Assembly (NCBI GenBank): GCA_964010765.1
Contig: CAXGMD010000046.1
Location: 1-27,935, forward strand
Direction: 5' to 3'
Origin: an uncultured bacterium
GTDB lineage: Bacteria; SAR324; NAC60-12
Length of the DNA: 27,935 nt
A model generated the notes under the pieces. That model was not told the origin of the DNA. It ran no database searches and was given only the letters and a program-made list of their open reading frames with translations. This document shows positions 17,223 to 26,634 of this stretch, piece after piece. The number at the start of each line of letters is the position of its first letter. Position 1 is the first letter of the stretch. The translations under genes were made by a program, and so were the position numbers.

Positions 17223-17674
17223 GACAACTGAGCATCGCTCAGGTGTTGATTGAATTGGTAACGAAAATCTCTGCGCGCCTTTTCAGAGGAAGTGGGACTG
17301 TCAAACAGCGTAGCAAAGTGTTGGTTTGCTAGAATCGACCATTGTTTAGATTCTGTGGGGTTACATCCTGCGAGTTGTGCAAGGGATATCCAGTGCAGAT
17401 CTTGACTGCGGTTCGCGGCTTCCTCGGTCAATTGATCCCAATTTGCCTGTAGAAACTGCTCTTCCTCATAACGTTGACCCAATGTCCAATCTTCACAACC
17501 CATGGTCCCTGAAGAACTGGCAAAAGCAAAGGTGGATGAAGAGGAAATGTCTACGGAGAACGCATCAAGCTTCCCATCAGCAAATCCCATAGGTCCACCC
17601 TCGTGACAAGACCAGGCAGTACCACTACTTAGAAGCCAGGCAGTAACAAAAAAACTAGCCCACCTTGCATTCAT
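17204..17674 (-). CDS. Secreted DUF3015-like protein, paralog 2
   Basis: Signal peptide, STFAFASSSGTMGC, FLQANWDQL.EEAA and LAQLAGC. Confidence 0.7.
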   Translation of the reverse strand: MNARWASFFVTAWLLSSGTAWSCHEGGPMGFADGKLDAFSVDISSSSTFAFASSSGTMGCEDWTLGQRYEEEQFLQANWDQLTEEAANRSQDLHWISLAQLAGCNPTESKQWSILANQHFATLFDSPTSSEKARRDFRYQFNQHLSDAQLSCRLAS

Positions 17675-18125
17675 GGCGCAAACTCGGATGTGATTGAATC
17701 CATTGGCTCAGTACAGGTACCAAGGCCTCTACTTGACCATTATTGTGTAAGTGGAAATCGATCCTCTCCTGATGCAATCTCAGGAAATTGCCAAACTGCT
17801 GTTGGCCGACCTCAGAACAATAATACAAAGCTCCCAGCGCCTCTGAGTGTGGACCATGGCCTATTGCAACTTCTTCTTCGAGCGTGGCTTGGTTGGCGAC
17901 TAAAAATTGCCAACGGGCGAAGCGTTCCTGCAGCGCAATATCCCAATTCGGGCAATTGGATGTCCCAGAAGTAGTCGCAGAGGAGTAAACGGGAGAGAAG
18001 GTTAGGTCGACTGAGGAAAGCAAAGGATCTTCGCTTGTAGCACCCATCATGGTGCCCTCACAGCCAGCAAAACTTTCTGCTACTCCGAGAAAAAACAGCG
18101 ATGTGAGGAGCAATGAAGAGCGCAT
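17655..18125 (-). CDS. Secreted DUF3015-like protein, paralog 1
   Basis: Signal peptide from ATG 18125 (ORF open to 18170), SSATTSGTSNC, FLVANQATLEEEVAIGHGPH..AL..LY.C. Confidence 0.72.
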   Translation of the reverse strand: MRSSLLLTSLFFLGVAESFAGCEGTMMGATSEDPLLSSVDLTFSPVYSSATTSGTSNCPNWDIALQERFARWQFLVANQATLEEEVAIGHGPHSEALGALYYCSEVGQQQFGNFLRLHQERIDFHLHNNGQVEALVPVLSQWIQSHPSLRHECKVG

Positions 18126-18185
18126 GGCTGACGCGAGATCGGGTGAAATGGAGAAAGCACCCAGCATCACTGGGTGCTGGAAGCA

Positions 18186-18476
18186 CTACGAAGCCTTCAG
18201 TTTGTCTGATTTGCGGATGATTTGTGTTCGCATGGAGTCCACTCCGCGCGCCAGAGCCTTGTAGAGATTTTTATCATCGGAATTACTGGCGAGCATCTTT
18301 TGTTGGTAGCTGCAGTTGATACCTACATGATAGCTCTCGTCTTTCTGACGAGTCAGATTCACGTGAAAGGGGTATTTATTGTCGGTAATCTTCAACAGGT
18401 CATCAAAGAGTTCATGAACATGCTCTTTAACTGCATCAGAATGTTTCATGTTTTTGAAACTAACATGGATAGACAT
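18186..18476 (-). CDS. hpf: Short ribosome hibernation promoting factor (HPF/RaiA family)
   Basis: IHVSFKNMKHSDAVKEHV...NLYKAL..GVD.MRTQI.RK pattern, GAGGAGG RBS. Confidence 0.85.
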   Translation of the reverse strand: MSIHVSFKNMKHSDAVKEHVHELFDDLLKITDNKYPFHVNLTRQKDESYHVGINCSYQQKMLASNSDDKNLYKALARGVDSMRTQIIRKSDKLKAS

Positions 18477-18573
18477 ACTACCTCCTCAGGATCTGGCGTT
18501 GATACAATCCGTGTGTCCAACACGGTGTTCCCAAACAGGTTCAACTCATCCGTGCATCGATAGCAGTCTCCTC

Positions 18574-18711
18574 TCAGCTTTCGCTTTCCTCGTCTGTAGG
18601 AGCAACCATTTCAGGTACTTCTGAGCCTGAGGGAAGAAGAAAGAAGTATCCCGGTAAGAATACCAACAAAAATGCACCAATACCGATTGCAGCCAAAATG
18701 GCGATTCGCAT
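18574..18711 (-). CDS. Unannotated 45-aa single-pass membrane peptide
   Basis: MRIAILAAIGIGAFLLVFLPGYFFLLPSGSEVPEMVAPTDEESES*, a hydrophobic helix plus acidic tail. Co-oriented with flanking genes and absent from the ORF track. Confidence 0.65.
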   Translation of the reverse strand: MRIAILAAIGIGAFLLVFLPGYFFLLPSGSEVPEMVAPTDEESES

Positions 18712-18847
18712 GAGTGTCAACCGTTTGAGAGTTGAAAAATGCAGCTTCGCTGCAGCAACCTGTGTTGCTTCTTCAATAGATATCAGACCTTCGAGGAGTG
18801 GGTCAAGCCGGACTGGAAAGATAGAAAAAACATTGAATTTGACCTCG

Positions 18848-19207
18848 CTAAGGTAGTGCAGTGATCCAATTCAATTGTTCTATTCCATCTTTCTGAAGGC
18901 TTCCCAAAGCCATTGAGGGCAAACCGGAATCAACCTGCCAGTGCAGTTGCCAGTCAGAAAATATGGGATCAGTCAATTCGCGTTGATGAGAACCGATTTG
19001 CCGTGATTCATCGTCAAGTTCTGCAAGCAACATTGAAACCATCCAGTTGTCAAATTGGCTTGCGATGTGTCGGGCCTCTCTTTGTTGCTGAATCCCGCTT
19101 GCGATGGCTTCAGCAATCCGGTTTGTGTTCCAAAGCACCAGCAGCAGCAAAGGAAGTGAAAGTGCTACTTCCAGCAAGGTAAAGCCTAATCGCTTTTGCA
19201 TCTTCAA
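18848..19207 (-). CDS. Prepilin-type N-terminal cleavage/methylation protein (minor pilin/pseudopilin)
   Basis: KRLG|FTLLEVAL type IV signal. ATGA overlap with the carboxylase stop. Confidence 0.75.
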   Translation of the reverse strand: MKMQKRLGFTLLEVALSLPLLLLVLWNTNRIAEAIASGIQQQREARHIASQFDNWMVSMLLAELDDESRQIGSHQRELTDPIFSDWQLHWQVDSGLPSMALGSLQKDGIEQLNWITALP

Positions 19208-21960
19208 AGAGTAAGTAGTTTGAGTGTGACCTCCTGACGATATTTTGCCAACATGGTGGCGTCTTCTTCCACAATTGGGTGATCAGGCTCAATTTGGAAG
19301 AGCAGTTGTCCCCTTGAAACCAGAGTGCCTCCGGAAGAATCTACACATACCTGCCTTACCGTTCCCGGAAATTCTGCCCTAATTGGATTAAACATCTTCA
19401 TCACCTCTAACAGTCCAAGCACATCATTTTGCTCCACATGTTGCCCAGCCTCCACGTAGGGTGGACTGCTGGGTGTTTCACAAGCATAGAAGGTTCCTCC
19501 TGTCCAACTTCGTACTTCATCGCTATGAGATGGTGGAAGAGGTGCCAGTGCCTGGGAGTATTGCTTGATCTTTTCAGTATTCTGAAACTCCTTTGGAATG
19601 ACTGGAACCAGTGCTTGATTGCAATTCCAATCAAAATACCCGCTGCTAATGCCCAATGAGATGAGAATACTCAGCAAGGGAACCAAGCCGACTTGAAAAC
19701 CAGCATGCGCTGCTTGTACGTCTGACCAGAGATCCTCGTCAAATCCGACAGGGGCCTTGTTTTCGAGGATATTCCGCAAATCTTCCCATTCTGGGTAACC
19801 TAAGCGATTTTCCAAATCTGCATAAAACTGGAGTCCTTCTTCGAGTAACAGATGATCATCCTCCCAGATAATTTCACTGGGAGGTAGTCCACTTCTTTTC
19901 TCCCAATGCAGGTAACGATAAAGCTCACGCAGCACATGAATCGGATTCTGACACCACTGAATCTGCTGCTCCTGAATTTGCCATCGAGGCTTTTGACGTT
20001 TGGCAAGCCATCCGGCGATGAGATGTGGCATACCCAACAAGCGCCTGAGTGGTCTTAGCAGCAGCGTTTTTTTCCTTTCAAAAGCTCTAAGAGCCTCTGG
20101 GCCTAGCTCCTTGATTGATCCACTCAAATGCTGCCAAGCGAACTCCAAGTCGATATCTTTCGCACCCAAGCTCAGCTTGCCGCAGAGCGCAAGGTAGGAC
20201 TCCACAAAACGGGTGTTTGGCTTTACCATCGAATCCACACCCAACATCCAATACAGAATCCCATAATGAAATGACAGGTTGAGTTGTAGATCTGTTCCGC
20301 GCACTTCCATTTCTCTAAGAACACGAGCCATTTGCTCTAGATTTTCTAAACGTGTCCTGCCCCATGTGACGGACAGGGCCACATTAGAATCGTAGGCGCC
20401 AGCAAGATGATAAGGTTGGAATAAACCAGTATCAGGATTCCGTAATCCAATCCCCTGGTCGTCTCGTAGTTCCCCTTCAATTGGAGCCGACCATGAGCGT
20501 AAAATACCCCCAGCATGAGGTTGTAATCCCTGGTTGGTTGCATTGATTCGAACCTCCATTCCAGATAGATTTCGGAGTCGCCGTTGTGGTTTGGGAAGCA
20601 CTTGTCCGTAGCAGGCAACCAGAAACATTGCGGCAACCAGTGAATCTACAAGGAAGTTGTCGCCAGGTTTGTCCGGGTTAGTAAATTCGAGCCTGTAAGC
20701 CATCTCTGTGACTCGATGTTCGACCTGAATTCTAGTGTTTACCTCCATGAAGTAGTGTTGGTCTCCTTCAACAATGCACTCAAAGGTGGATACGTTATCC
20801 AGCCCTAGAGCCGTTCCGAAGTCCTGAGCTTGCTTACACATCTCACGTAGTACGACTAGGTCTTGCTGAAGTACTTCTGCTTGACGATTTTTGCCAACCT
20901 CAAGATATTCAGCAATCGTTTGCTCAAGCAGCTCTTCAGTGAGTGAAAGTTCAACTAATTTTTGTTCGTGCATCTGTAGAGAACAGTCACGACCGCCCAA
21001 CTCTATGCACCACTGGCCATTACCAAGTAACTGGACTTCGTTGTGGCGAGTATCTTCAATGTTCATCTCGATTAGGAAAGTCTTGTTGTCACCCGGACCA
21101 GTCACTCGAGCTTCAATCAAGACAGCCCTTACGGCGGCTTCAATATCTGCTTCACTTTGAATAACCCGTTGACCCTTTCCACCACCACCACCAATATGCT
21201 TAAAGCGTAGTCGTCTGCCTGGGTTTTTTGCCCAGATCTCCTTACAACAGATGAGTGTTTCTGACTGCAATTCTTCTATGCTGAACAGATCAATCTGGCG
21301 CTTGTAGGAAGCCTGCAGAATTTGCTCAGCTTGGTCCAATATGTCTGAATTGAGCTGCAAATCTGTTGGCACAGGAAGTTGATGTCGATCAATCAGGTTT
21401 TTAAGAAATTGAGAAGGATCGTTGCCTCCAGCTTTTTTCAAAAGAGTGCGTGCAGTGATTCGATCTTCACCCGGAGTTACCGATACGCTTAGCTTACGAG
21501 CCAATTGTTTGGCTTCATCTTTAGAGCCTGCCTGCTGAATCACTCTTGCACTGGGGCCAACAAAGCAAATATTCGCTTCTTCAATCTGCTTTACGAAGTC
21601 ACCGTCCTCAGCCATGAACCCATAGCCTGCAAAGAGGTGGGTGTAGTTGTGCTGTTTGCAGAGACGAAGAATTTTATCAATGCATTGCTGTCGTTCCTCT
21701 CGTGACGAGCCAACATAATCAGGGATATGGTGGACCTGTTCATGACGATTAGCGAGGAATCGCAGTTCGGGAGCAAGTGTTTGGGGATACGTGATACTGT
21801 CTTTTTCAGAAAGGAGAATGCCGTATCGTGCCCCCAGTTCCTCCAAGACTTGCATGACTTCAAGGCGAATGGGGCCGCGGCAGACGATGAGGCACTTTAC
21901 GTCCTTAAAACTAAATTGCTGTTGCCACGGGCTTGCAGGATTAAACGAAAGTGCTTTCAT
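19204..21960 (-). CDS. Biotin carboxylase fused to biotin carboxyl carrier domain (acyl-CoA carboxylase alpha-type subunit)
   Basis: GYGFMAED, FVGPS, GGGGGKGQR, RDCSLQMHEQKLVE, FMEVNTRIQVEH.VTE, E.RINA and biotinylation site EVMKM. Confidence 0.92.
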   Translation of the reverse strand: MKALSFNPASPWQQQFSFKDVKCLIVCRGPIRLEVMQVLEELGARYGILLSEKDSITYPQTLAPELRFLANRHEQVHHIPDYVGSSREERQQCIDKILRLCKQHNYTHLFAGYGFMAEDGDFVKQIEEANICFVGPSARVIQQAGSKDEAKQLARKLSVSVTPGEDRITARTLLKKAGGNDPSQFLKNLIDRHQLPVPTDLQLNSDILDQAEQILQASYKRQIDLFSIEELQSETLICCKEIWAKNPGRRLRFKHIGGGGGKGQRVIQSEADIEAAVRAVLIEARVTGPGDNKTFLIEMNIEDTRHNEVQLLGNGQWCIELGGRDCSLQMHEQKLVELSLTEELLEQTIAEYLEVGKNRQAEVLQQDLVVLREMCKQAQDFGTALGLDNVSTFECIVEGDQHYFMEVNTRIQVEHRVTEMAYRLEFTNPDKPGDNFLVDSLVAAMFLVACYGQVLPKPQRRLRNLSGMEVRINATNQGLQPHAGGILRSWSAPIEGELRDDQGIGLRNPDTGLFQPYHLAGAYDSNVALSVTWGRTRLENLEQMARVLREMEVRGTDLQLNLSFHYGILYWMLGVDSMVKPNTRFVESYLALCGKLSLGAKDIDLEFAWQHLSGSIKELGPEALRAFERKKTLLLRPLRRLLGMPHLIAGWLAKRQKPRWQIQEQQIQWCQNPIHVLRELYRYLHWEKRSGLPPSEIIWEDDHLLLEEGLQFYADLENRLGYPEWEDLRNILENKAPVGFDEDLWSDVQAAHAGFQVGLVPLLSILISLGISSGYFDWNCNQALVPVIPKEFQNTEKIKQYSQALAPLPPSHSDEVRSWTGGTFYACETPSSPPYVEAGQHVEQNDVLGLLEVMKMFNPIRAEFPGTVRQVCVDSSGGTLVSRGQLLFQIEPDHPIVEEDATMLAKYRQEVTLKLLTL

Positions 21961-22140
21961 GAGAATTCAGAAACCAGAAGGAAATGAATAAAAAAGTTTT
22001 CAAAAATGATTCAATTTGGAAAAATTTGGGGCAGAATAGAGGGCTTTGTGGTAGGAGACAAGGTATTTGCCTTTAGATTCCTCACCCCAATATCAAGACA
22101 TTGGAATCAAAATTCAATATGATCTCAAGCAAAGGAGACC

Positions 22141-22710
22141 GTGTACGAAACTGCTGATATCCGCAAAGGATTGCGAATAGAACTGGATAGCGAACCCTAC
22201 GCCGTCATTGAATTTCAGTTTGTGAAGCCGGGTAAAGGAAATGCATTTACGAGGACTCGAATTCGCAATCTAATCAATGGTTCGGTATTAGATCGAACCT
22301 TTAAGACGGGTGAGAAACTAAAGCCTGCCGATACTCAGGATCGGACCATGCAGTTCCTCTATCGAGATGAGGGGGATGGGGGCTTCCATTTTATGGACAA
22401 CAGCAGTTACGAGCAGGTCGCTTTGGATGCTGATCTCGTCGGTGATGCCACAAACTACTTGATTGACAACATGGAAGTGAACGTTGCTTTCTTTCGTGAA
22501 CGACCGATCGGCATCACTCTTCCTAATTTTGTAGTTCTAGAAGTTGTTGAAGCTCCTCCAGGGGAGAAGGGCAATACGGTTACGGGTGCATCCAAGCCTG
22601 TTGTTGTTTCCACAGGTTACACCGTCAATGCACCTATGTTTGTTTCTGAGGGAGAGTTGTTGAAAATTGATACTCGAACAGGCGAATACGTAGAGCGCGT
22701 AAAAGCTTAA
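22141..22710 (+). CDS. efp: Elongation factor P (Lys34 type)
   Basis: VKPGKGNAF.R, MQFLY, KIDTRTGEYVERV. GTG start after AAGGAG. Confidence 0.97.
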   Translation: MYETADIRKGLRIELDSEPYAVIEFQFVKPGKGNAFTRTRIRNLINGSVLDRTFKTGEKLKPADTQDRTMQFLYRDEGDGGFHFMDNSSYEQVALDADLVGDATNYLIDNMEVNVAFFRERPIGITLPNFVVLEVVEAPPGEKGNTVTGASKPVVVSTGYTVNAPMFVSEGELLKIDTRTGEYVERVKA

Positions 22711-22717
22711 GGCCACT

Positions 22718-25700
22718 ATGAAAAGCATGCTGAAGTTCAGGGATATTATCCTGGGCAAAAAAGATGATTCTCCGGATTCTTCGCAGAAAAAGGGTGACGC
22801 CAAGCAGGGCGAGGATTCACTTTCTCCGGTTGCCGCAGAACAAGTCAAAATTTTGATGGAGCTCTATCAGGAAGTTCCTTGTAATCCAAAGTCAGGGGAT
22901 CTTGAAAAACGTATTAAAAATATTGTCAAAAGTCTTCAGGGAAGCAGTTTGCTGGAAAGCATTCGTGAGACTTTCTCCGATGAGCAAGTAAAAGAGTGGA
23001 AGGAGCAATCGCAGAAAGAATTTGATGAAATGGGTAAGCTCAATCGAGCTCGAATGGAGAGTCTCATTGAGGTGGCTGATGAAGGCATGCGCCAAGTCGT
23101 TTACGAAAGTATTTTTATTTTTGATGTCAATCCGTCAGATCAACCCAATCTCGATATCACTTATAAGAAGGGTGTTGATCCAGAGACTGGAAAACCAATG
23201 ATTCACCGTGATCGCTATCATGTATTTTGTGAGAATGCGATGCATGGTATTGATGGAATCGATCGTTGGTTACCAGAGCAGTCCAAACGTGAGGGGGAAG
23301 GTAATTGGATGGCCCATCTGCAGGAGCAGTTTGGTGAACTGGTCAATGATTTTGGGAAAAGCGAGAAGCCAATTGTGCAAACACTTAGCACGATTGGGAG
23401 TCTTGGAGGTATTGGCCACAAGCCTGATTCTGACGTTGATGCACAGGTGATTTTTGGAACAGAGCCCCGATATGAACACAATTGGACTGATGCTGACTTC
23501 TTCATTGCCTTGGCCTTCAAGATCATAAGTTCTGCTTATGATCGTTATCTTCTTCAATTTCCAGAGGAAAAGCGAGAACAGCTAAAGCAAAAAGTGAAAG
23601 ATCAGATGATCGAGGAGCATGGTGAAGCTCTTAGCCCTGAACAGCAGAAAATCATCGACATCATCTTTCCAAGTACCTACACACTATTGATGCGCAAAAC
23701 CTGTCGGGCTTTGATCAGCAAGATGGAGCCGGGCAAGCAAATGCAGTTCTTCTGGTCTCAAATTCCACTAATCTTACGCAAGTTGCCAGAGGGTGACCTG
23801 TATAGGAACGCACTGATTCTCTTTTTTCCTTTTCTCAAAAACATCCCAGCTAGGAAACTTCAAGGAAGCTGCTTTCCAAATTCTGTTACTTCAATGGATG
23901 CTAATGCTGCCCTTGGGCGATTGATCATTTTCTATCGTGATCGTGTATTGGGCCAACGAGTAGTGATGAAGTTATTGGAAGAGCCGGCCAAGGCAGCTGG
24001 GGTTGAACCAGCCAAATTCCCACCTGCCCAACAAAGGCAAGTGCTAATGGAGCATTTGAAGAAGAATCCCTCGCGTGGAAAGGTCGTTCAACAATTCTTG
24101 GAGCATGTCTCTGAGAGTTATCGTTGGGAAGTCGCCCAAGACGCTGATGAGTGGCACACCGATGTTGGCCAGCAAGTAGGCTTGGATCAACAGATGCTGG
24201 AAGTGATTCAATCGATTCCTCTCAAAGACCAGGCTCGTAAGGGGTTTTTGAAAAGAATGGTGGATTTGGTAAACGCTAGAGTGGAGCAGGAAGCAATACG
24301 CAACGAAGCCGCATATGAGCCGGGTACTTCTCGTAAGATCTACTATGCAGAAGAATACGAACTGGCAAAATATCCTGCTCAGGAAGCTCATTACTTTGTG
24401 AATATCCTTCGTAAACAGCGGGCTGGCCAACATACGCCATTCTTGGTATCGCCGGAAGGCAGCATGGCATACTCCAACATGCTCAATGATCTACTGCTCA
24501 ATCCTGCAACGCTTTTGTGTGGCTTGTCTCCGATGCCCTTTTCACTGCCTGAAGAAGTCAAAATCCTTTCGAATATTGGTGTTTTCCCTGACTGGGAAGT
24601 GACCCAACATCGAGAGCATCAAGGAGATGAAGAACCTGATCCAAGAGCCGCAGCTGAAAATCAGGAAACATTCAAACTTAGAAATCTTCCAAACTGGGGA
24701 AACTATGCGCCATCCAGAGAAGTTTTTCTGACCTATGTGATTCCGATTTTTCTTAGAGAAAGTGAGAAGATCAGCCATCGGAATCTCCCGAAGGCGCTCT
24801 TAAACACTTGGTGGATTGAAATGCTCACCTGTGATGAGGATACTCCTGAGCTGACCAGCCTGACCAAACTCTTAATCTTTCCGAACGACAGAGCCTTCAT
24901 CAAGAAAGAGATGACAGGTCCTTACGTCGATATCATCAAGAGTATGGAAGAGGAATTCCCACAGCTTGTCCGAGATCCTTGGTGGATCAAGTTTACGGAG
25001 ATGCTGATGCGTTTCCAAGATCCTGAAGTACAAAAAGAAATGCTTTTCTGTTTTGCTCAGCACATTCGTGCTTCGGATGTTATTGATTTAGACACAACAT
25101 CTGGGGAACCTATCTATCTTGATAAGAATTCCTCCTGGCGCTTCAAGGCAGTGCATCGCTTTTACACGAAGTTCTATGCTGAAGAGGGACCTCGAATTGA
25201 TTTAATGAAATTCTCCCAAGGTAGGGATGATGTGGCTCAAGAGAAGGAAACTGTTCTGAAAAAGCTTTTCCTCAACAGTATGAAAAACACGGAGCGCAGA
25301 CTGATTCAGATTGGTAATCAAAATACCATCAACCGAATGAGCCAATACATAACCCAGGTTACGAAGAACAATGAGGAGAAGGAGCGTGTCGAGAAAATAC
25401 TGACCAAGCCTCTGGACAAATTGATGGACCGTATGTTGATCGTTGACATGTCCGTGGTGGATAAAGCGCAAACTGAGGCTGAACTGAATGTCATTGAAAA
25501 ACGCCAGATTGCTCAAATTCAGGATGATCGCCGGAAAGTTGGAGAATTATCAACTTCCATCACCAAACACTACGGTGAGAAGTTGCAGGCTGAACTCAAC
25601 AAAGAGGTCGTTGAGAAAATTATCTTCCAATCCAGGGTTCCCCTTGCGGGAGATCCCTTGGAAAATGTCATCTTCAAGTATCACTTCGAAAAGAATTTCA

Positions 25701-26557
25701 ATCGTCGCCCATTTCAAGTCCCACTACCTATTTCCAAATCACTCTGCATCCCTAGAAACGTAATTCTTTTGGAGTTTGAGCCGAAAAAAGAGAAATGGAA
25801 ATTCAAGGCAATGATCTCTAAAAAGGCTGGTGGTAGTGGTGGTAATCAGCTTGAGATGTTTCAGTCAAATCTGGTCGAAGGTGTAACTCGTTGTGTTTTC
25901 AGTAAGTACATCGGGTTTGATGCTCGAGCGATGACCTCCTTCCAGAAAAACGCAGTTTCTTCCAGAAGCGTTGTGGCTTCCAATCCCGTCACAGCAGATG
26001 ATCTGCAGAATCTTGCAGGTGACATCAAGAGTTTTTGCAAACCAATTCGGGTCAGTTCAACTGAGCTCTTAGAGAATATCTACTATCTATACGATGTGAT
26101 GATTGTCTGCAACGTGGATCGTCCGCTAGGATGCGCAGCCATCGTCAGAACAAATTTTGATGAACAGTTTGTTTTCACATTTGATTTGAACAAAACGCCA
26201 ACCATCGAAAAGGATCCTGGTCTTGCCAGCACAAAAAACCAACCAATGCACACGTTCTATCAAAGATTCAATAGCTTGCCAGCACGAAAGCTCTACTGGG
26301 AGGCATTCAACAAACTGAATCTTCCAATGTCAGAAGAGCAGCCACCAAAACTGAAAATCTGGGTAAATCCAGGAAGCTTTAACTTGAACGTCACTCCCAA
26401 GTACCAACGAGTCTACCTGAATGGTATTGCGGAAAATCTTTGGAAGCCAGAACATGTCTGGAAAGAACCTGCTGATGATGCGAAATTTGCTTTGATTAAG
26501 GACTTTGATGAAATTGGGAAGCAAGCTATTACTGACTATCAGCAAAATCATGAGTAA
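22718..26557 (+). CDS. Large diverged class-I adenylate cyclase-like nucleotidyltransferase
   Basis: TIGSLGGIGHKPDSDVD (pol-beta GS..DxD) plus colinear matches to recalled E. coli CyaA blocks: LNRARM, PKALL, DPW, CF, WR, VRTNFDE. Confidence 0.75.
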   Translation: MKSMLKFRDIILGKKDDSPDSSQKKGDAKQGEDSLSPVAAEQVKILMELYQEVPCNPKSGDLEKRIKNIVKSLQGSSLLESIRETFSDEQVKEWKEQSQKEFDEMGKLNRARMESLIEVADEGMRQVVYESIFIFDVNPSDQPNLDITYKKGVDPETGKPMIHRDRYHVFCENAMHGIDGIDRWLPEQSKREGEGNWMAHLQEQFGELVNDFGKSEKPIVQTLSTIGSLGGIGHKPDSDVDAQVIFGTEPRYEHNWTDADFFIALAFKIISSAYDRYLLQFPEEKREQLKQKVKDQMIEEHGEALSPEQQKIIDIIFPSTYTLLMRKTCRALISKMEPGKQMQFFWSQIPLILRKLPEGDLYRNALILFFPFLKNIPARKLQGSCFPNSVTSMDANAALGRLIIFYRDRVLGQRVVMKLLEEPAKAAGVEPAKFPPAQQRQVLMEHLKKNPSRGKVVQQFLEHVSESYRWEVAQDADEWHTDVGQQVGLDQQMLEVIQSIPLKDQARKGFLKRMVDLVNARVEQEAIRNEAAYEPGTSRKIYYAEEYELAKYPAQEAHYFVNILRKQRAGQHTPFLVSPEGSMAYSNMLNDLLLNPATLLCGLSPMPFSLPEEVKILSNIGVFPDWEVTQHREHQGDEEPDPRAAAENQETFKLRNLPNWGNYAPSREVFLTYVIPIFLRESEKISHRNLPKALLNTWWIEMLTCDEDTPELTSLTKLLIFPNDRAFIKKEMTGPYVDIIKSMEEEFPQLVRDPWWIKFTEMLMRFQDPEVQKEMLFCFAQHIRASDVIDLDTTSGEPIYLDKNSSWRFKAVHRFYTKFYAEEGPRIDLMKFSQGRDDVAQEKETVLKKLFLNSMKNTERRLIQIGNQNTINRMSQYITQVTKNNEEKERVEKILTKPLDKLMDRMLIVDMSVVDKAQTEAELNVIEKRQIAQIQDDRRKVGELSTSITKHYGEKLQAELNKEVVEKIIFQSRVPLAGDPLENVIFKYHFEKNFNRRPFQVPLPISKSLCIPRNVILLEFEPKKEKWKFKAMISKKAGGSGGNQLEMFQSNLVEGVTRCVFSKYIGFDARAMTSFQKNAVSSRSVVASNPVTADDLQNLAGDIKSFCKPIRVSSTELLENIYYLYDVMIVCNVDRPLGCAAIVRTNFDEQFVFTFDLNKTPTIEKDPGLASTKNQPMHTFYQRFNSLPARKLYWEAFNKLNLPMSEEQPPKLKIWVNPGSFNLNVTPKYQRVYLNGIAENLWKPEHVWKEPADDAKFALIKDFDEIGKQAITDYQQNHE

Positions 26558-26634
26558 TTTTTTCTCAAGCTTCGTCGTGCTTGGTTCTACCTCGTGATTA
26601 AGTGAATTTTCGAATTTGCTGGTGTTGAGTCAGC

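Noticed and set aside
22718..26557. CBASS/CD-NTase anti-phage system
   Set aside because: Motifs are colinear with class-I adenylate cyclase, neighbours are housekeeping genes, and no Cap effector is adjacent
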